DNA of 64,000 nt from a virus: positions 7,133 to 71,132 of IMG/VR virus record IMGVR_UViG_3300047548_001818; one strand, 5' to 3'. A program made the position numbers and the translations under genes. A model generated the notes under the pieces. It was not told the DNA's origin and made no database searches. It was given only the letters and a program-made list of their open reading frames with translations. This document shows positions 24,848-34,162 of the stretch, one piece after another (position 1 is the stretch's first letter; each line of letters opens with the position of its first letter).

Positions 24848-25557
24848 AAGTTGCATTGTTATTAACAGGTCATATGCGGTGTTGGAATCAAGTATTTCCA
24901 AATACCAAAAACCATATCATGGACAAATATAATCCAGATGTTTTCATCGAGACATGGGATTCTGAAGCATACTGGGATCCACATTCTTCAAAGGGTATAA
25001 CCGAAGGTGGTCCCAATTTGAATGTTGATGCGATTCAACGTACTTACAAACCAGTATACATGAATGTGGAAAAATACGAAGAATTTGAAGAAAATTTTTC
25101 TCAACGAGCTAAGGAATTTACTAATTTCTATCATGTACCGAAAAACCAAATTTCCATGTGGTTTAAAGTAGGTCGTGGTATGCTCGCTGTTGAAGAGCAT
25201 ATGATGTTGACAGGCAAAACATATGATGTTATAATTCGTATGCGTCCAGATTTGTACTTCAATGAACCTTTACCAGATTTTGATCCGAACAAATTTTATA
25301 CCTTGGGATTTAGAAATCATATGGGTCAAGGAACCTCCGATATGATTCAAGTTGGAAACTTCTTTACCATGAGCTTATTCTGTAAAGTTCTTTATCATTT
25401 ACCACATCTTTATAAGGAAACCGGTCTTTTGTGTCCGCATGTTATTTCAGAACACTTCATTAAAAGATTGGGATTACCCTGGCAAGAATTTATGGTTAAC
25501 AAAACAATAATGCACACACCTCTAGGCGAATATAAACACAAGAGTCTGTACCAATGA
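24844..25557 (+). CDS. putative sugar-modifying enzyme, paralogue A
   Basis: N-terminus MKVALLLTGHMR...DVFIETW parallels that of 26005-26712 (MRLALCLSGQPR...DVFFHTW). Confidence 0.4.
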   Translation: MKVALLLTGHMRCWNQVFPNTKNHIMDKYNPDVFIETWDSEAYWDPHSSKGITEGGPNLNVDAIQRTYKPVYMNVEKYEEFEENFSQRAKEFTNFYHVPKNQISMWFKVGRGMLAVEEHMMLTGKTYDVIIRMRPDLYFNEPLPDFDPNKFYTLGFRNHMGQGTSDMIQVGNFFTMSLFCKVLYHLPHLYKETGLLCPHVISEHFIKRLGLPWQEFMVNKTIMHTPLGEYKHKSLYQ

Positions 25558-26048
25558 TACTAATTGCACACAGAGGTCTTTTCAGTGGGCCTGATATCGA
25601 AAAAGAGAATACACCAAAACAAATCGAACTTGCATTGGAAAAAAATTACGATTGTGAAGTTGATGTTTGGTACGTTAAAAATGAATGGTGGCTAGGTCAT
25701 GACAAACCACAATATAAAGTTGATTGGAACTTTATTGGAAAGGAAGGTTTGTGGCTGCACTGTAAGAATCTAGATGCTTTATATGAACTGACTTACAGCC
25801 CATTCAAGTACACTTATTTCTGGCATCAGGAAGACGATTTTACTTTAACTTCGAATCATTACATCTGGACTTATCCTGGAAAATCTCTAACCAGAAATTC
25901 AATTTCTGTGCAACCAGAAAGAACGGAAGAAATGTGGACATGGACCAAAAGTTGTTCACTAGGTATAGCTGGTGTTTGTACAAAATATGTTGAAAGATTT
26001 GTGAATGAGATTAGCACTTTGTCTATCGGGACAACCGAGAAGCTATAA
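25554..26048 (+). CDS. glycerophosphodiester phosphodiesterase (GDPD)-like protein
   Basis: LIAHRG...EKENT and the CEVDVW acidic motif match the GDPD H-R-x...E-N-T / E-x-D signature. Shorter (164 aa) than typical GDPDs. Confidence 0.5.
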   Translation: MILIAHRGLFSGPDIEKENTPKQIELALEKNYDCEVDVWYVKNEWWLGHDKPQYKVDWNFIGKEGLWLHCKNLDALYELTYSPFKYTYFWHQEDDFTLTSNHYIWTYPGKSLTRNSISVQPERTEEMWTWTKSCSLGIAGVCTKYVERFVNEISTLSIGTTEKL

Positions 26049-26712
26049 AAAAGCTTTTGAATTTATAAGTAGAAATTTACTTGAAAAATATACTGTTGAC
26101 GTTTTCTTTCATACGTGGGTGAACGTACCGGAGAATAGTTATATTTTTGACGAACTGCAACAACTTTATAGACCTGTTATTGCTTCTTATGACTATTCTT
26201 TACCGTCAAATGTAAATTCACACATGTTGGTTCCAAATGGCTCACATCCAGCCAATTTTTGCACATCAATGTTTTACTCTATTAATGTTGCAAATGAATA
26301 TAGGGTCAAGCATGAAGTTTTTGGTGCATTTCGTTATGATTTTGTTATACGAAGTAGATTTGATTTTGCGCTAAACAAAGTGATTGATTTTGGTTCTCTG
26401 GAAACAAATAAACTCTATGTTCCAAAAGATGTTGAAGGACCGGCACTTTTAAATGACCAGTTTGCCATAGCTGATTCTGATACGATGAATGTCTATGCGT
26501 CAACGTTCTTATATCTGCAAAAATTGTATAATTCTGGAGTTCCACTTTGTGGGCATGAAATGTTGCAGGAACAACTGACAAGAAATTCTACGCCAGTTGA
26601 ACGTATCGACCTTGACCATCCTTTCGTTGATGGTGATTTTAATAGAGGAAGACACTCTCTGATACGTGAAGATATGTCAAAATGGGTCGATATTAAAATT
26701 TGGGGCTACTAA
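26005..26712 (+). CDS. putative sugar-modifying enzyme, paralogue B
   Basis: Paralogue of 24844-25557. Start overlaps the GDPD gene by 44 nt. Confidence 0.4.
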   Translation: MRLALCLSGQPRSYKKAFEFISRNLLEKYTVDVFFHTWVNVPENSYIFDELQQLYRPVIASYDYSLPSNVNSHMLVPNGSHPANFCTSMFYSINVANEYRVKHEVFGAFRYDFVIRSRFDFALNKVIDFGSLETNKLYVPKDVEGPALLNDQFAIADSDTMNVYASTFLYLQKLYNSGVPLCGHEMLQEQLTRNSTPVERIDLDHPFVDGDFNRGRHSLIREDMSKWVDIKIWGY

Positions 26713-26748
26713 ATAATCCATAGTCACAGTGTACTATCAGAGGATTTA

Positions 26749-27942
26749 ATGAAACAATTTTTGCAGTATTTGCAGGAAGAACTGGACCCGGAAGAGGGTG
26801 CCAGTAGGCAAATAAAACACCTAACACATATCGAAGATCGTATTTTGCAAACCGGAGACAAAGGTGCAAAACACGCAATTTCGTCATTGGAAACTGCGGC
26901 TGAACACATCAGTCAAGGTAAAAAGTCATCGCAACTGACAACAAAATATGACGGTTCACCAGCAATCGTTTACGGTCATCACCCAGAAAACGGTAAGTTT
27001 TTTGTTGCTTCCAAGTCAGCTTTCAACAAAACACCAAAAATCAACTATACGCCTGCCGATATAGAAAAAAACCATGGCCATGCTCCTGGCTTGGTTGAGA
27101 AGTTGAAAGCAGCACTGAAACATTTACCGAAAGTTGCACCAGAAAAAGGTGTTTACCAGGGTGATATGATGTTCTCGGATGTAGACAAGAAACACTCAAA
27201 AGATGCCGTTTCTTTCAGACCAAATCCCTCTGGTATAACTTACACTGCACACGGTCAACATGCAACAAAAGCTAAAAAGGCCAAAATTGGTGTAGTAACT
27301 CATTTATCATATGAAGGCAAAAATTCTGCTAGTTTAAATGCATCGCACGAAGTTGACCATGAAAATTTCGGGCAACATTCTGATGTATTCTCGGTTGACC
27401 CAAGAATGGACACTTCTAAAGTACATTTCGGTCCAAAAGACAGAGCAGAATTCAAAAAACACATTGCCGCAGCTAGATCAGTTCACGATACGCACGGTGA
27501 CGACATGTATGCAGGAACAAAAGCACATCAAGGTATAGGTGGTCATTTAGAGACTTACATCAATCACACTGTTAGGAGTGATGAAGAACCTAATCATGAA
27601 AATTTTAAAAAGTGGTTGGAAAATAAGAAAAATAAAGAAATTGAAAAATTGAAGGTTGAAAAAAATAAAAAGTCCAAACAGCAAGAGTTATCAGCGGAAT
27701 TAGATAAGATTGAAAGAAATAAAAAGCACTATAATAATGTTTTCAAAATGCATGGTCATTTACAAAAAGCAAAAAATGTGCTGATTAATGTTCTAAATCA
27801 ACATCAAGAATTTCAACATGAACACGCTGGTGAACCAGCAAATCCTGAAGGATACGTTTTCCATCACGGAAAAGAATCGGATAAATTTGTAAACAGAAGC
27901 GAATTCTCAAAAAGAAATTTTGCCGGAATAAGAAACATATGA
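26749..27942 (+). CDS. RNA ligase 1 (RnlA)-like nucleotidyltransferase with a Lys-rich insertion
   Basis: Motif I LTTKYDGSPAIVYG...FFVASKSAF aligns with T4 Rnl1 LTKEDGSLVSTYLDG..ILFKSKGS. Downstream EGYVFHHGKESDKFVNRSEF aligns with T4 [20 protein letters not shown] (motifs IV/V). Confidence 0.5.
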   Translation: MKQFLQYLQEELDPEEGASRQIKHLTHIEDRILQTGDKGAKHAISSLETAAEHISQGKKSSQLTTKYDGSPAIVYGHHPENGKFFVASKSAFNKTPKINYTPADIEKNHGHAPGLVEKLKAALKHLPKVAPEKGVYQGDMMFSDVDKKHSKDAVSFRPNPSGITYTAHGQHATKAKKAKIGVVTHLSYEGKNSASLNASHEVDHENFGQHSDVFSVDPRMDTSKVHFGPKDRAEFKKHIAAARSVHDTHGDDMYAGTKAHQGIGGHLETYINHTVRSDEEPNHENFKKWLENKKNKEIEKLKVEKNKKSKQQELSAELDKIERNKKHYNNVFKMHGHLQKAKNVLINVLNQHQEFQHEHAGEPANPEGYVFHHGKESDKFVNRSEFSKRNFAGIRNI

Positions 27943-29840
27943 AAAAATTTCTAGAAAAAGTGGAAGACGATTTGCAAACCAAAAGCCCAGTCGTAATGGC
28001 TTTTGGTAGAATGAATCCGCCCACAGTTGGGCATGAGAAACTTGTAAACAGAGTTAAAGAAATAGCTAAAGACTATAATGCTCCACACCATGTTATAATT
28101 TCACATTCTGTTGATGCAAACAAAAATCCACTTGATGCTAAAGCAAAACTGAAACACGCCCAGAGATTTTTTCCTGGCACAAATTTATCAACTTCCAGTA
28201 AAGAACTTCCAACTTTCTTGCAACACGCTGCAAAGTTAAATGCAGCAGGACATGACCATTTAATTATGGTTGCAGGCTCGGATAGAATTCCAGAATATGA
28301 AAAGAAGTTGCATGATTATAATGGACCAAAAGATAAAAATCCAAAAGCACTTTTCAATTTCAAAAAAATTGAGTTGAAATCTGCGGGGCATCGTGATCCT
28401 GACTCTGAAGGTGTTGAAGGTATGTCTGCCTCAAAAATGAGGGAACATGCAAAAAATAATGATTTTCATAGCTTCAAGATGGGTGTACCTGAGCATGTGC
28501 CCGAGAAACACGCCAGAGAACTTTTCAGAGATGTTAGAAAAGGTATGGGTATACATGAAGATTCTAGTCATGGTTTGTTCAAAGCACTCTTCATTTGTGG
28601 TGGTCCCGGTTCCGGTAAAGATATCATCATACGTGAAGCAATTGCTGAAAGAAACGCGGTCGAACTGAATTCAACTCTTGCAATTAATATTCTCAACGAC
28701 AAACATAAGTTACATGAACAGTCTAAAGATTTCAGAAGAGAAGCTATTCGCAAAAGAATGCCGTTGATTGTAAATGGCACAACGAATGAACAATTCAATA
28801 TTATTGAAATTAAAAATGAGTTGGAAGAACTCGGTTACGAAACAATGATGATTTTCGTAAACACGACAAACGAAGCTTCGAAAAAAAGAAACAATGGACA
28901 TGAAAGAGTTATGTCCGAATCTGTTCGTCAAGAAAGATGGGATAAGACTCAACTTGTAGCTGAAAAAATGAATCAAATTTTTACAAAATATCTGGAATTT
29001 GATAACTCTTTGGACTTGAATGAAGCTACAATTTTCGAAATGTCGGAGAAAGAAGAAGATATAGCAATCATTTATGAAATGTCCAACTGGTTTTTCGACA
29101 CTCAAGTAAACAACGAAATTGCAGAAACTTGGTTAGAAAAAAATAGAAAAAAGGATATAAACCAAGTATTCGAATCCTTTATTAAAAATCCTTTGAAAGG
29201 TAGAAAAAATGTTTCAGAAATTAAAGCAAATCGCAAGACTATTTTTGCCGAAAGTGGATGCAAATGCAAAACATCCTTTGGATATTCAGAAGTATCAGGT
29301 AGAGGAAAACAAAAGCTCACAGACAACATCTGCCCAAGTTGCGAGCTTACTAGAAAAGCCGGTAGAGAAGACGATGTTAGAGACGGAGACACCAAATCAA
29401 ACATTAGTTACACATTCAGAACCTACCACGAAGGAACAACCCCAACCATCCAAGTCAACCCAGAGCCCAAAGAAACGCGCTTCCAGCAAGACAACGACAA
29501 GCAAAAAAACAGGAAACAAAAAGCCGCACCAAGCCAAAGCGGCAAAGTAATGAACACTGCTGGTGTTAGCCCAGAATATGATACACGCGCTCAAGGTTCT
29601 GTTTACCCAATGTCTGGTCTTGGAAATGTTACATATAGAGAACAGAAAGAGAATAAATATACCAGTACCGCAGAGGTAACACGCAAATCGTTTGTAAAAT
29701 TCAGAAAAGAATCTATTGATTCTCCAAGTGTCGAAATGGGAGTTACTGGCGGAGAATATGGTCCTTCAAACAAAGAACCGTTGGAAACTCCAGGCGATAA
29801 AGTATTGAATCAAAATTCAAATAAAAAGAAGAAAAAATGA
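27939..29840 (+). CDS. fused HxGH-type nucleotidyltransferase (NMNAT/cytidylyltransferase-like) plus P-loop kinase, with a long disordered C-terminus
   Basis: VVMAFGRMNPPTVGHEKL (T/HxGH motif) and GMSASKMRE (ISSTxxR-like motif) define a nucleotidyltransferase alpha/beta fold. LFICGGPGSGKDIII is a Walker A kinase motif. A NadR-like arrangement. Confidence 0.5.
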   Translation: MKKFLEKVEDDLQTKSPVVMAFGRMNPPTVGHEKLVNRVKEIAKDYNAPHHVIISHSVDANKNPLDAKAKLKHAQRFFPGTNLSTSSKELPTFLQHAAKLNAAGHDHLIMVAGSDRIPEYEKKLHDYNGPKDKNPKALFNFKKIELKSAGHRDPDSEGVEGMSASKMREHAKNNDFHSFKMGVPEHVPEKHARELFRDVRKGMGIHEDSSHGLFKALFICGGPGSGKDIIIREAIAERNAVELNSTLAINILNDKHKLHEQSKDFRREAIRKRMPLIVNGTTNEQFNIIEIKNELEELGYETMMIFVNTTNEASKKRNNGHERVMSESVRQERWDKTQLVAEKMNQIFTKYLEFDNSLDLNEATIFEMSEKEEDIAIIYEMSNWFFDTQVNNEIAETWLEKNRKKDINQVFESFIKNPLKGRKNVSEIKANRKTIFAESGCKCKTSFGYSEVSGRGKQKLTDNICPSCELTRKAGREDDVRDGDTKSNISYTFRTYHEGTTPTIQVNPEPKETRFQQDNDKQKNRKQKAAPSQSGKVMNTAGVSPEYDTRAQGSVYPMSGLGNVTYREQKENKYTSTAEVTRKSFVKFRKESIDSPSVEMGVTGGEYGPSNKEPLETPGDKVLNQNSNKKKKK

Positions 29841-30310
29841 AAACGTTTCTACAATATTCAAAAGAGCGAGACAAGGAAGAGCTTGAAAGACAAATGCGCC
29901 ATCATTTCGAAATGGCTCAAAGAAGTCTTGACACGGCTCAAGAATTGCAAAGTAAAGGTGACATGGATGGTTTTCACACATTTATGGCAAAGCACCACCA
30001 TTTTCAAACTCAAGGTGAGTATTTAAAAACTCACTTGAATGAGGCTTCTCCAGCGTGGCAAAGAAAAGCTGGTAAAAGCCCAACTGGCGGTCTGAATCGC
30101 AAAGGTATTGCTTCTTATCGTCGTGAAAATCCTGGTTCAAAACTGTCAATGGCAGTGACAACACCTCCTTCAAAGTTGAAGCCAGGAAGCAAAGCTGCAA
30201 AAAGAAGAAAATCCTTCTGTGCAAGAATGGGTGGTATGCCTGGTCCAATGAAGGATGAAAAGGGTCGCCCAACTAGAAAAGCTTTATCGTTACGTAAATG
30301 GAACTGCTAA
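29837..30310 (+). CDS. basic hypothetical protein (157 aa)
   Basis: Lys/Arg/His-rich ORF, translationally coupled to the upstream gene. Confidence 0.45.
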   Translation: MKTFLQYSKERDKEELERQMRHHFEMAQRSLDTAQELQSKGDMDGFHTFMAKHHHFQTQGEYLKTHLNEASPAWQRKAGKSPTGGLNRKGIASYRRENPGSKLSMAVTTPPSKLKPGSKAAKRRKSFCARMGGMPGPMKDEKGRPTRKALSLRKWNC

Positions 30311-30325
30311 TAAACGGAGAAAAAA

Positions 30326-31117
30326 ATGTTCAATAATATTTTCAAGAAAAATGATCCTGTTGCTGATATGATCGCTCAAATTGCTGAAGCCGATTACAAA
30401 GCAAAAATGGAAGAGCTTAAAGGTCAACAGCATAAGATTGACAAAAACAAGAACAACAAGATTGATGCACACGACTTTGCAATTCTTCGTGGCGAAAAGA
30501 AAGCCATGAAAAAAGAAGAAGTTGATAGTGTTGAAGAAGCTAACAATCCATTTGATGTTAAGAACTACAAGAGTCAATTGAAATCAAAACCAGGTGAAAA
30601 AGCTGGCTTTGACTCCAAGAAAACATCTACTGGTACTGTTTATTCAAGAAAGCCAGTCAAAGATGAGCCAATGAAAAAGGAAGAAATTGACCCGAACAAG
30701 ACAACAGTTGACACGTTAAATGGTCGTGAAAAAGATTCTAAGAATCCTTTTCTTTCGAAGAAAGTGTTCATGGATGTACCAGATAATGTAAAAGAAGAAA
30801 CTGAACAAATTGATGAGTTGAAAAAAACGACTGTCAAATCTTATCTAAAGAAAAAAGTTGATACTCTCCCAGGAAAAGATCCAAAGAAAGACCAGGAAAG
30901 CATGATGAGAGCGCATCATCGTGTTACTGGTGTTAAACCAACTTCTGAAGAAGTTGAAAAAATCGACGAGCGTGAACTTACTAAAGGTGAAACCGCAGAA
31001 AAAGAACGTATCGTTAAAGGAATGAAAAAGAGTTTTGCTGGTTTCAAACAGCGTTACGGTGATAAAGCAAAATCAGTTATGTATGCTACCGCTACAAAGG
31101 CAGCTAAAAAGGATTGA
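30326..31117 (+). CDS. highly charged Lys/Glu-rich protein with an EVEQIDEL motif
   Basis: Low-complexity K/E/D composition. Shares the EETEQIDELKK motif with the next gene. Confidence 0.5.
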   Translation: MFNNIFKKNDPVADMIAQIAEADYKAKMEELKGQQHKIDKNKNNKIDAHDFAILRGEKKAMKKEEVDSVEEANNPFDVKNYKSQLKSKPGEKAGFDSKKTSTGTVYSRKPVKDEPMKKEEIDPNKTTVDTLNGREKDSKNPFLSKKVFMDVPDNVKEETEQIDELKKTTVKSYLKKKVDTLPGKDPKKDQESMMRAHHRVTGVKPTSEEVEKIDERELTKGETAEKERIVKGMKKSFAGFKQRYGDKAKSVMYATATKAAKKD

Positions 31118-32976
31118 TAATGAGTAAAGCAGGCAATCTCATTAAAAACATGGTGAAAGCGAAAAAAGAATCTGTCATGGGTAAATTGGCCAACGGTGAC
31201 GATCCGATGGAACCATGGTCGAAAAGATTCGATGCTCCAATCAAAGAAGAAGAATTGAACGAAGATACCTGGTTATATCGTTACATACGTTCTCTTGGTT
31301 GGGACCCGGAACACATGACATTTGCAGAACGTTCAAAATACGCTCGTTCGAATGCATTTAAACACTGGAAACAGTCACACATGAATCGTAGACCGGGTGA
31401 AACTGCCACAATGGAGAAACCAGTTCAGGAAGAAATTCTCGACGAAGCTGGAACTGGCTTGCTCATGTCATATATTAAATCCAAGGGTCTTGATCCAAGA
31501 ACAATGGACGGAAATCAAAAAGCCGCATATTCTAAATCCAGTGAATTTAGAATGTTTAAAATGCGTCATATGAAAGAAGTTTCGGGGATGGGTGAACGTG
31601 GTGATGATTGGAATGAAGAAAAGAAACCTGTGAAAGAGGCTGTCGATAAAGCAGACACTGTTACAGTAGACATTCCATTGATGATTCGTCTTCTTGAATA
31701 TGCTCGTGAAGATGCCAAAACCGATATGGATCTACACAAAGTTGTGGAAAATTTAATCAATATGCGTTCAGAAGGAACACTTTCAATGGATCATTACGAT
31801 TCTATCGTAAATGTTAAGTCCATGAAAGAAGAGGTTGAACAAATTGATGAACTTGATAAAGCGACACTGACCAGCTATGCAACGAAAGCGAGAGCAGATG
31901 CTGAAAAGCTAACTAAGCAAGGTGATGCTGCATCAAAAAGAAGTTCCACGAAATCTTTACAGACTGCTTATGACAAATATAAAAAAGCAGCAAAACGCAC
32001 GATGGGTGCCGGTAGTGCAGAGTCGAAAGCTCGTCTAAAAGAAGACGAGCAATTAGACGAACTAAAAAAGATTCCTGATAATATGGATGCTGACGACCAT
32101 ATTACCCGTGAAGATTTGCGTCAGTGGTTTAGTAAAACACACCCAGAGGGTGATTGGAAAAGAATCAATTCAAAAGGTGAAGTTGCAGGTCCTTGTGCCA
32201 GAGAGCCTGGTGAACCAAAACCTAAGTGCATGTCAAAAGAGAAACGCGCACAATTGAGCAAGAGTGAACGTGCGGCCGCAGTTGCAGCAAAACGTAAACA
32301 TGATCCTGTTGCTGATAGACCAGGTAAAGGCGGTAAGCCTATTAACGTTTCAAATTACGGTAAAGGTAAACTGAGTGAAGAAGGTGTCGATGAAGCATGT
32401 TGGGATACACACAAACAAGAGGGAATGAAAAAGAAGGGCGATAGAATGGTCCCAAATTGTGTTCCTAAAAATGAATCTGTCGAACAAATTGATGAAAAAA
32501 ACAAACCAACAAATCCAGGTTTGTGGTCTAGAGCAAAAGCAATGGCTCGTTCCAAGTTTGATGTTTACCCATCAGCTTATGCAAATGGTTGGGCAGCAAA
32601 ATGGTACAAATCCAAAGGCGGCGGATGGAAGTCGGTGAAAGAAGATATTGTTCAAGAAGGTATTTACGGTATCGAGGATTCACCTTTGTCTGCGACAAAT
32701 TCTGTTAAAGCTATGGAATCTTCTAACAGAAAAAAAGAAATGTCGAAATCTGCTAGAATGATTAAATCAATCTACAAAAAGAAAAATGTCAAAGAGACAA
32801 TGTACGATTGGGAAAAGACTGAAAAGGGTGGTAAAGTTGTTGATGAGCCAACCGCAAAAGTTATTATGAAAGGTGGTACAACTATGACTGGAAAACCACG
32901 AGACACTATCGAAATAGAGCCTGTCTTAAAAACAAAACTTAACAGTCCGGCTGGTATGAAATCTAGCTTGCAATAA
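31114..32976 (+). CDS. 620-aa Lys/Glu-rich protein with internal EVEQIDEL / EDEQLDEL / ESVEQIDE repeats
   Basis: Three to four copies of the acidic octad. A conserved-looking block YPSAYANGWAAKWYKSKGGGWKS near the C-terminus. Confidence 0.5.
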   Translation: MIMSKAGNLIKNMVKAKKESVMGKLANGDDPMEPWSKRFDAPIKEEELNEDTWLYRYIRSLGWDPEHMTFAERSKYARSNAFKHWKQSHMNRRPGETATMEKPVQEEILDEAGTGLLMSYIKSKGLDPRTMDGNQKAAYSKSSEFRMFKMRHMKEVSGMGERGDDWNEEKKPVKEAVDKADTVTVDIPLMIRLLEYAREDAKTDMDLHKVVENLINMRSEGTLSMDHYDSIVNVKSMKEEVEQIDELDKATLTSYATKARADAEKLTKQGDAASKRSSTKSLQTAYDKYKKAAKRTMGAGSAESKARLKEDEQLDELKKIPDNMDADDHITREDLRQWFSKTHPEGDWKRINSKGEVAGPCAREPGEPKPKCMSKEKRAQLSKSERAAAVAAKRKHDPVADRPGKGGKPINVSNYGKGKLSEEGVDEACWDTHKQEGMKKKGDRMVPNCVPKNESVEQIDEKNKPTNPGLWSRAKAMARSKFDVYPSAYANGWAAKWYKSKGGGWKSVKEDIVQEGIYGIEDSPLSATNSVKAMESSNRKKEMSKSARMIKSIYKKKNVKETMYDWEKTEKGGKVVDEPTAKVIMKGGTTMTGKPRDTIEIEPVLKTKLNSPAGMKSSLQ

Positions 32977-33008
32977 ATAACAGTATATTCTTTTAAGGAG
33001 AAACAGTA

Positions 33009-33563
33009 ATGTCAACAGCTTTTTGGACAATGACGGACGCTAACACTGGTGTTCCGCTTTTCGCACCAACAGCACTAAAACTTGCACCAACCCGTGCAAA
33101 CGCAAATGTAATCTATGCTAACTCAAATACCGCACAAGCTTTTAGTGCAGCCGTTGGTGTTTGGGGTGTAGATACACAGGAAGCAACAAACACCCAAGTT
33201 ACGCCAGCCGCAACAAAAATGGCTCACGCTGGTTGGGTTCAAAGAACCGCAGGTATGGGTGGTATTGTTACAATTTCTGCTAACACCAATGCTTATAGCC
33301 CAGACGGTAATATTTTTGTTACTTTCGCAAATGGTGGTACAGGTGCAACACCTGCAAACGCTACAGTTGTTACCAATGGTGCAAAACTAATCACAGGTAT
33401 CACTTTGAATGAACCAGGTTTGTATCTAACAACACCAACCGCCACAGTTGTAAATAGTAACGTTGCTATCACAATCACTATGGGTGGTCGTGCTGGTAGA
33501 ACACAATACGAAACTCTTGTTGCAACTGGTAGCATCACCGGCAACGGCGCAGTTATTATCTAA
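33009..33563 (+). CDS. Ala/Thr/Gly-rich probable structural (virion surface) protein
   Basis: Beta-rich low-charge composition. Strong GC hairpin immediately downstream. Confidence 0.4.
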   Translation: MSTAFWTMTDANTGVPLFAPTALKLAPTRANANVIYANSNTAQAFSAAVGVWGVDTQEATNTQVTPAATKMAHAGWVQRTAGMGGIVTISANTNAYSPDGNIFVTFANGGTGATPANATVVTNGAKLITGITLNEPGLYLTTPTATVVNSNVAITITMGGRAGRTQYETLVATGSITGNGAVII

Positions 33564-33568
33564 TAAAA

Positions 33569-33590
33569 GGGCGGATTTTCCGCCCTATCA
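33569..33590 (+). terminator. GC-rich hairpin (probable terminator, weak U-tract)
   Basis: gggcgga-ttt-tccgccc followed by tatcattatg. Confidence 0.4.
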
Positions 33591-33592
33591 TT

Positions 33593-33979
33593 ATGTTTGA
33601 TGATTTGACTGAAGACAATTTTATTATGTATGCTATGAAGGCATACTATTCGCCACACTGTATAATGAGTGAATTTGAGAGCGACCTAAAAAGAACAAAA
33701 TATCTAAAAAGACTTTTCAGGCGCTACAAAATAACGAAAGCATTAAAAGAAAGATTAATCTTAAACCACATAATACTTCTTTATAATGTTTTTGGAGTCG
33801 AGGCGGCAACAAGAATATTGTTCTTCAGAATTGATGAAAAAGATTATGATGTTCTTAAAACTTTTTTGATTTATCTAAATTATATGCCAGATAAAATAAA
33901 AGGTATAGGTGGAAAAGATATTTTATCTTCTGATATACTAATTGATATGCATGTTGCAGATATACTAAGAAAAATATGA
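33593..33979 (+). CDS. hypothetical protein (128 aa)
   Basis: ORF in the operon preceding the lysis genes. Confidence 0.4.
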   Translation: MFDDLTEDNFIMYAMKAYYSPHCIMSEFESDLKRTKYLKRLFRRYKITKALKERLILNHIILLYNVFGVEAATRILFFRIDEKDYDVLKTFLIYLNYMPDKIKGIGGKDILSSDILIDMHVADILRKI

Positions 33980-34161
33980 AATCATTCAAACAATTTATTT
34001 TAGAAGATGGTATGGTGGGTTCTTCCGGACCAACAAATGTTGTAAGCACTGGTGCGATTGCTGGAACGGGGGAAAAAGGTGGTGAACCAGGTGTGCGTTT
34101 AAAACGTAAGCGTGCTGTTATAGTTCAACCAATGCAAAAACGAAAACCACCAAAGATGTAA
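33976..34161 (+). CDS. small hypothetical protein (61 aa)
   Basis: Overlapping-stop ORF. Basic C-terminus. Confidence 0.35.
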   Translation: MKSFKQFILEDGMVGSSGPTNVVSTGAIAGTGEKGGEPGVRLKRKRAVIVQPMQKRKPPKM

Positions 34162-34162
34162 A

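Noticed and set aside
26749-27942. ATP-dependent DNA ligase assignment for the KxDG protein
   Set aside because: Motif spacing and the downstream EGYV...K block match T4 RNA ligase 1 much better than DNA ligase motifs. No OB-fold region evident.
33569-33590. Strong intrinsic terminator after the Ala/Thr-rich protein gene
   Set aside because: Kept only as a weak call because the hairpin is GC-rich but the downstream U-tract is interrupted (tatcatt).
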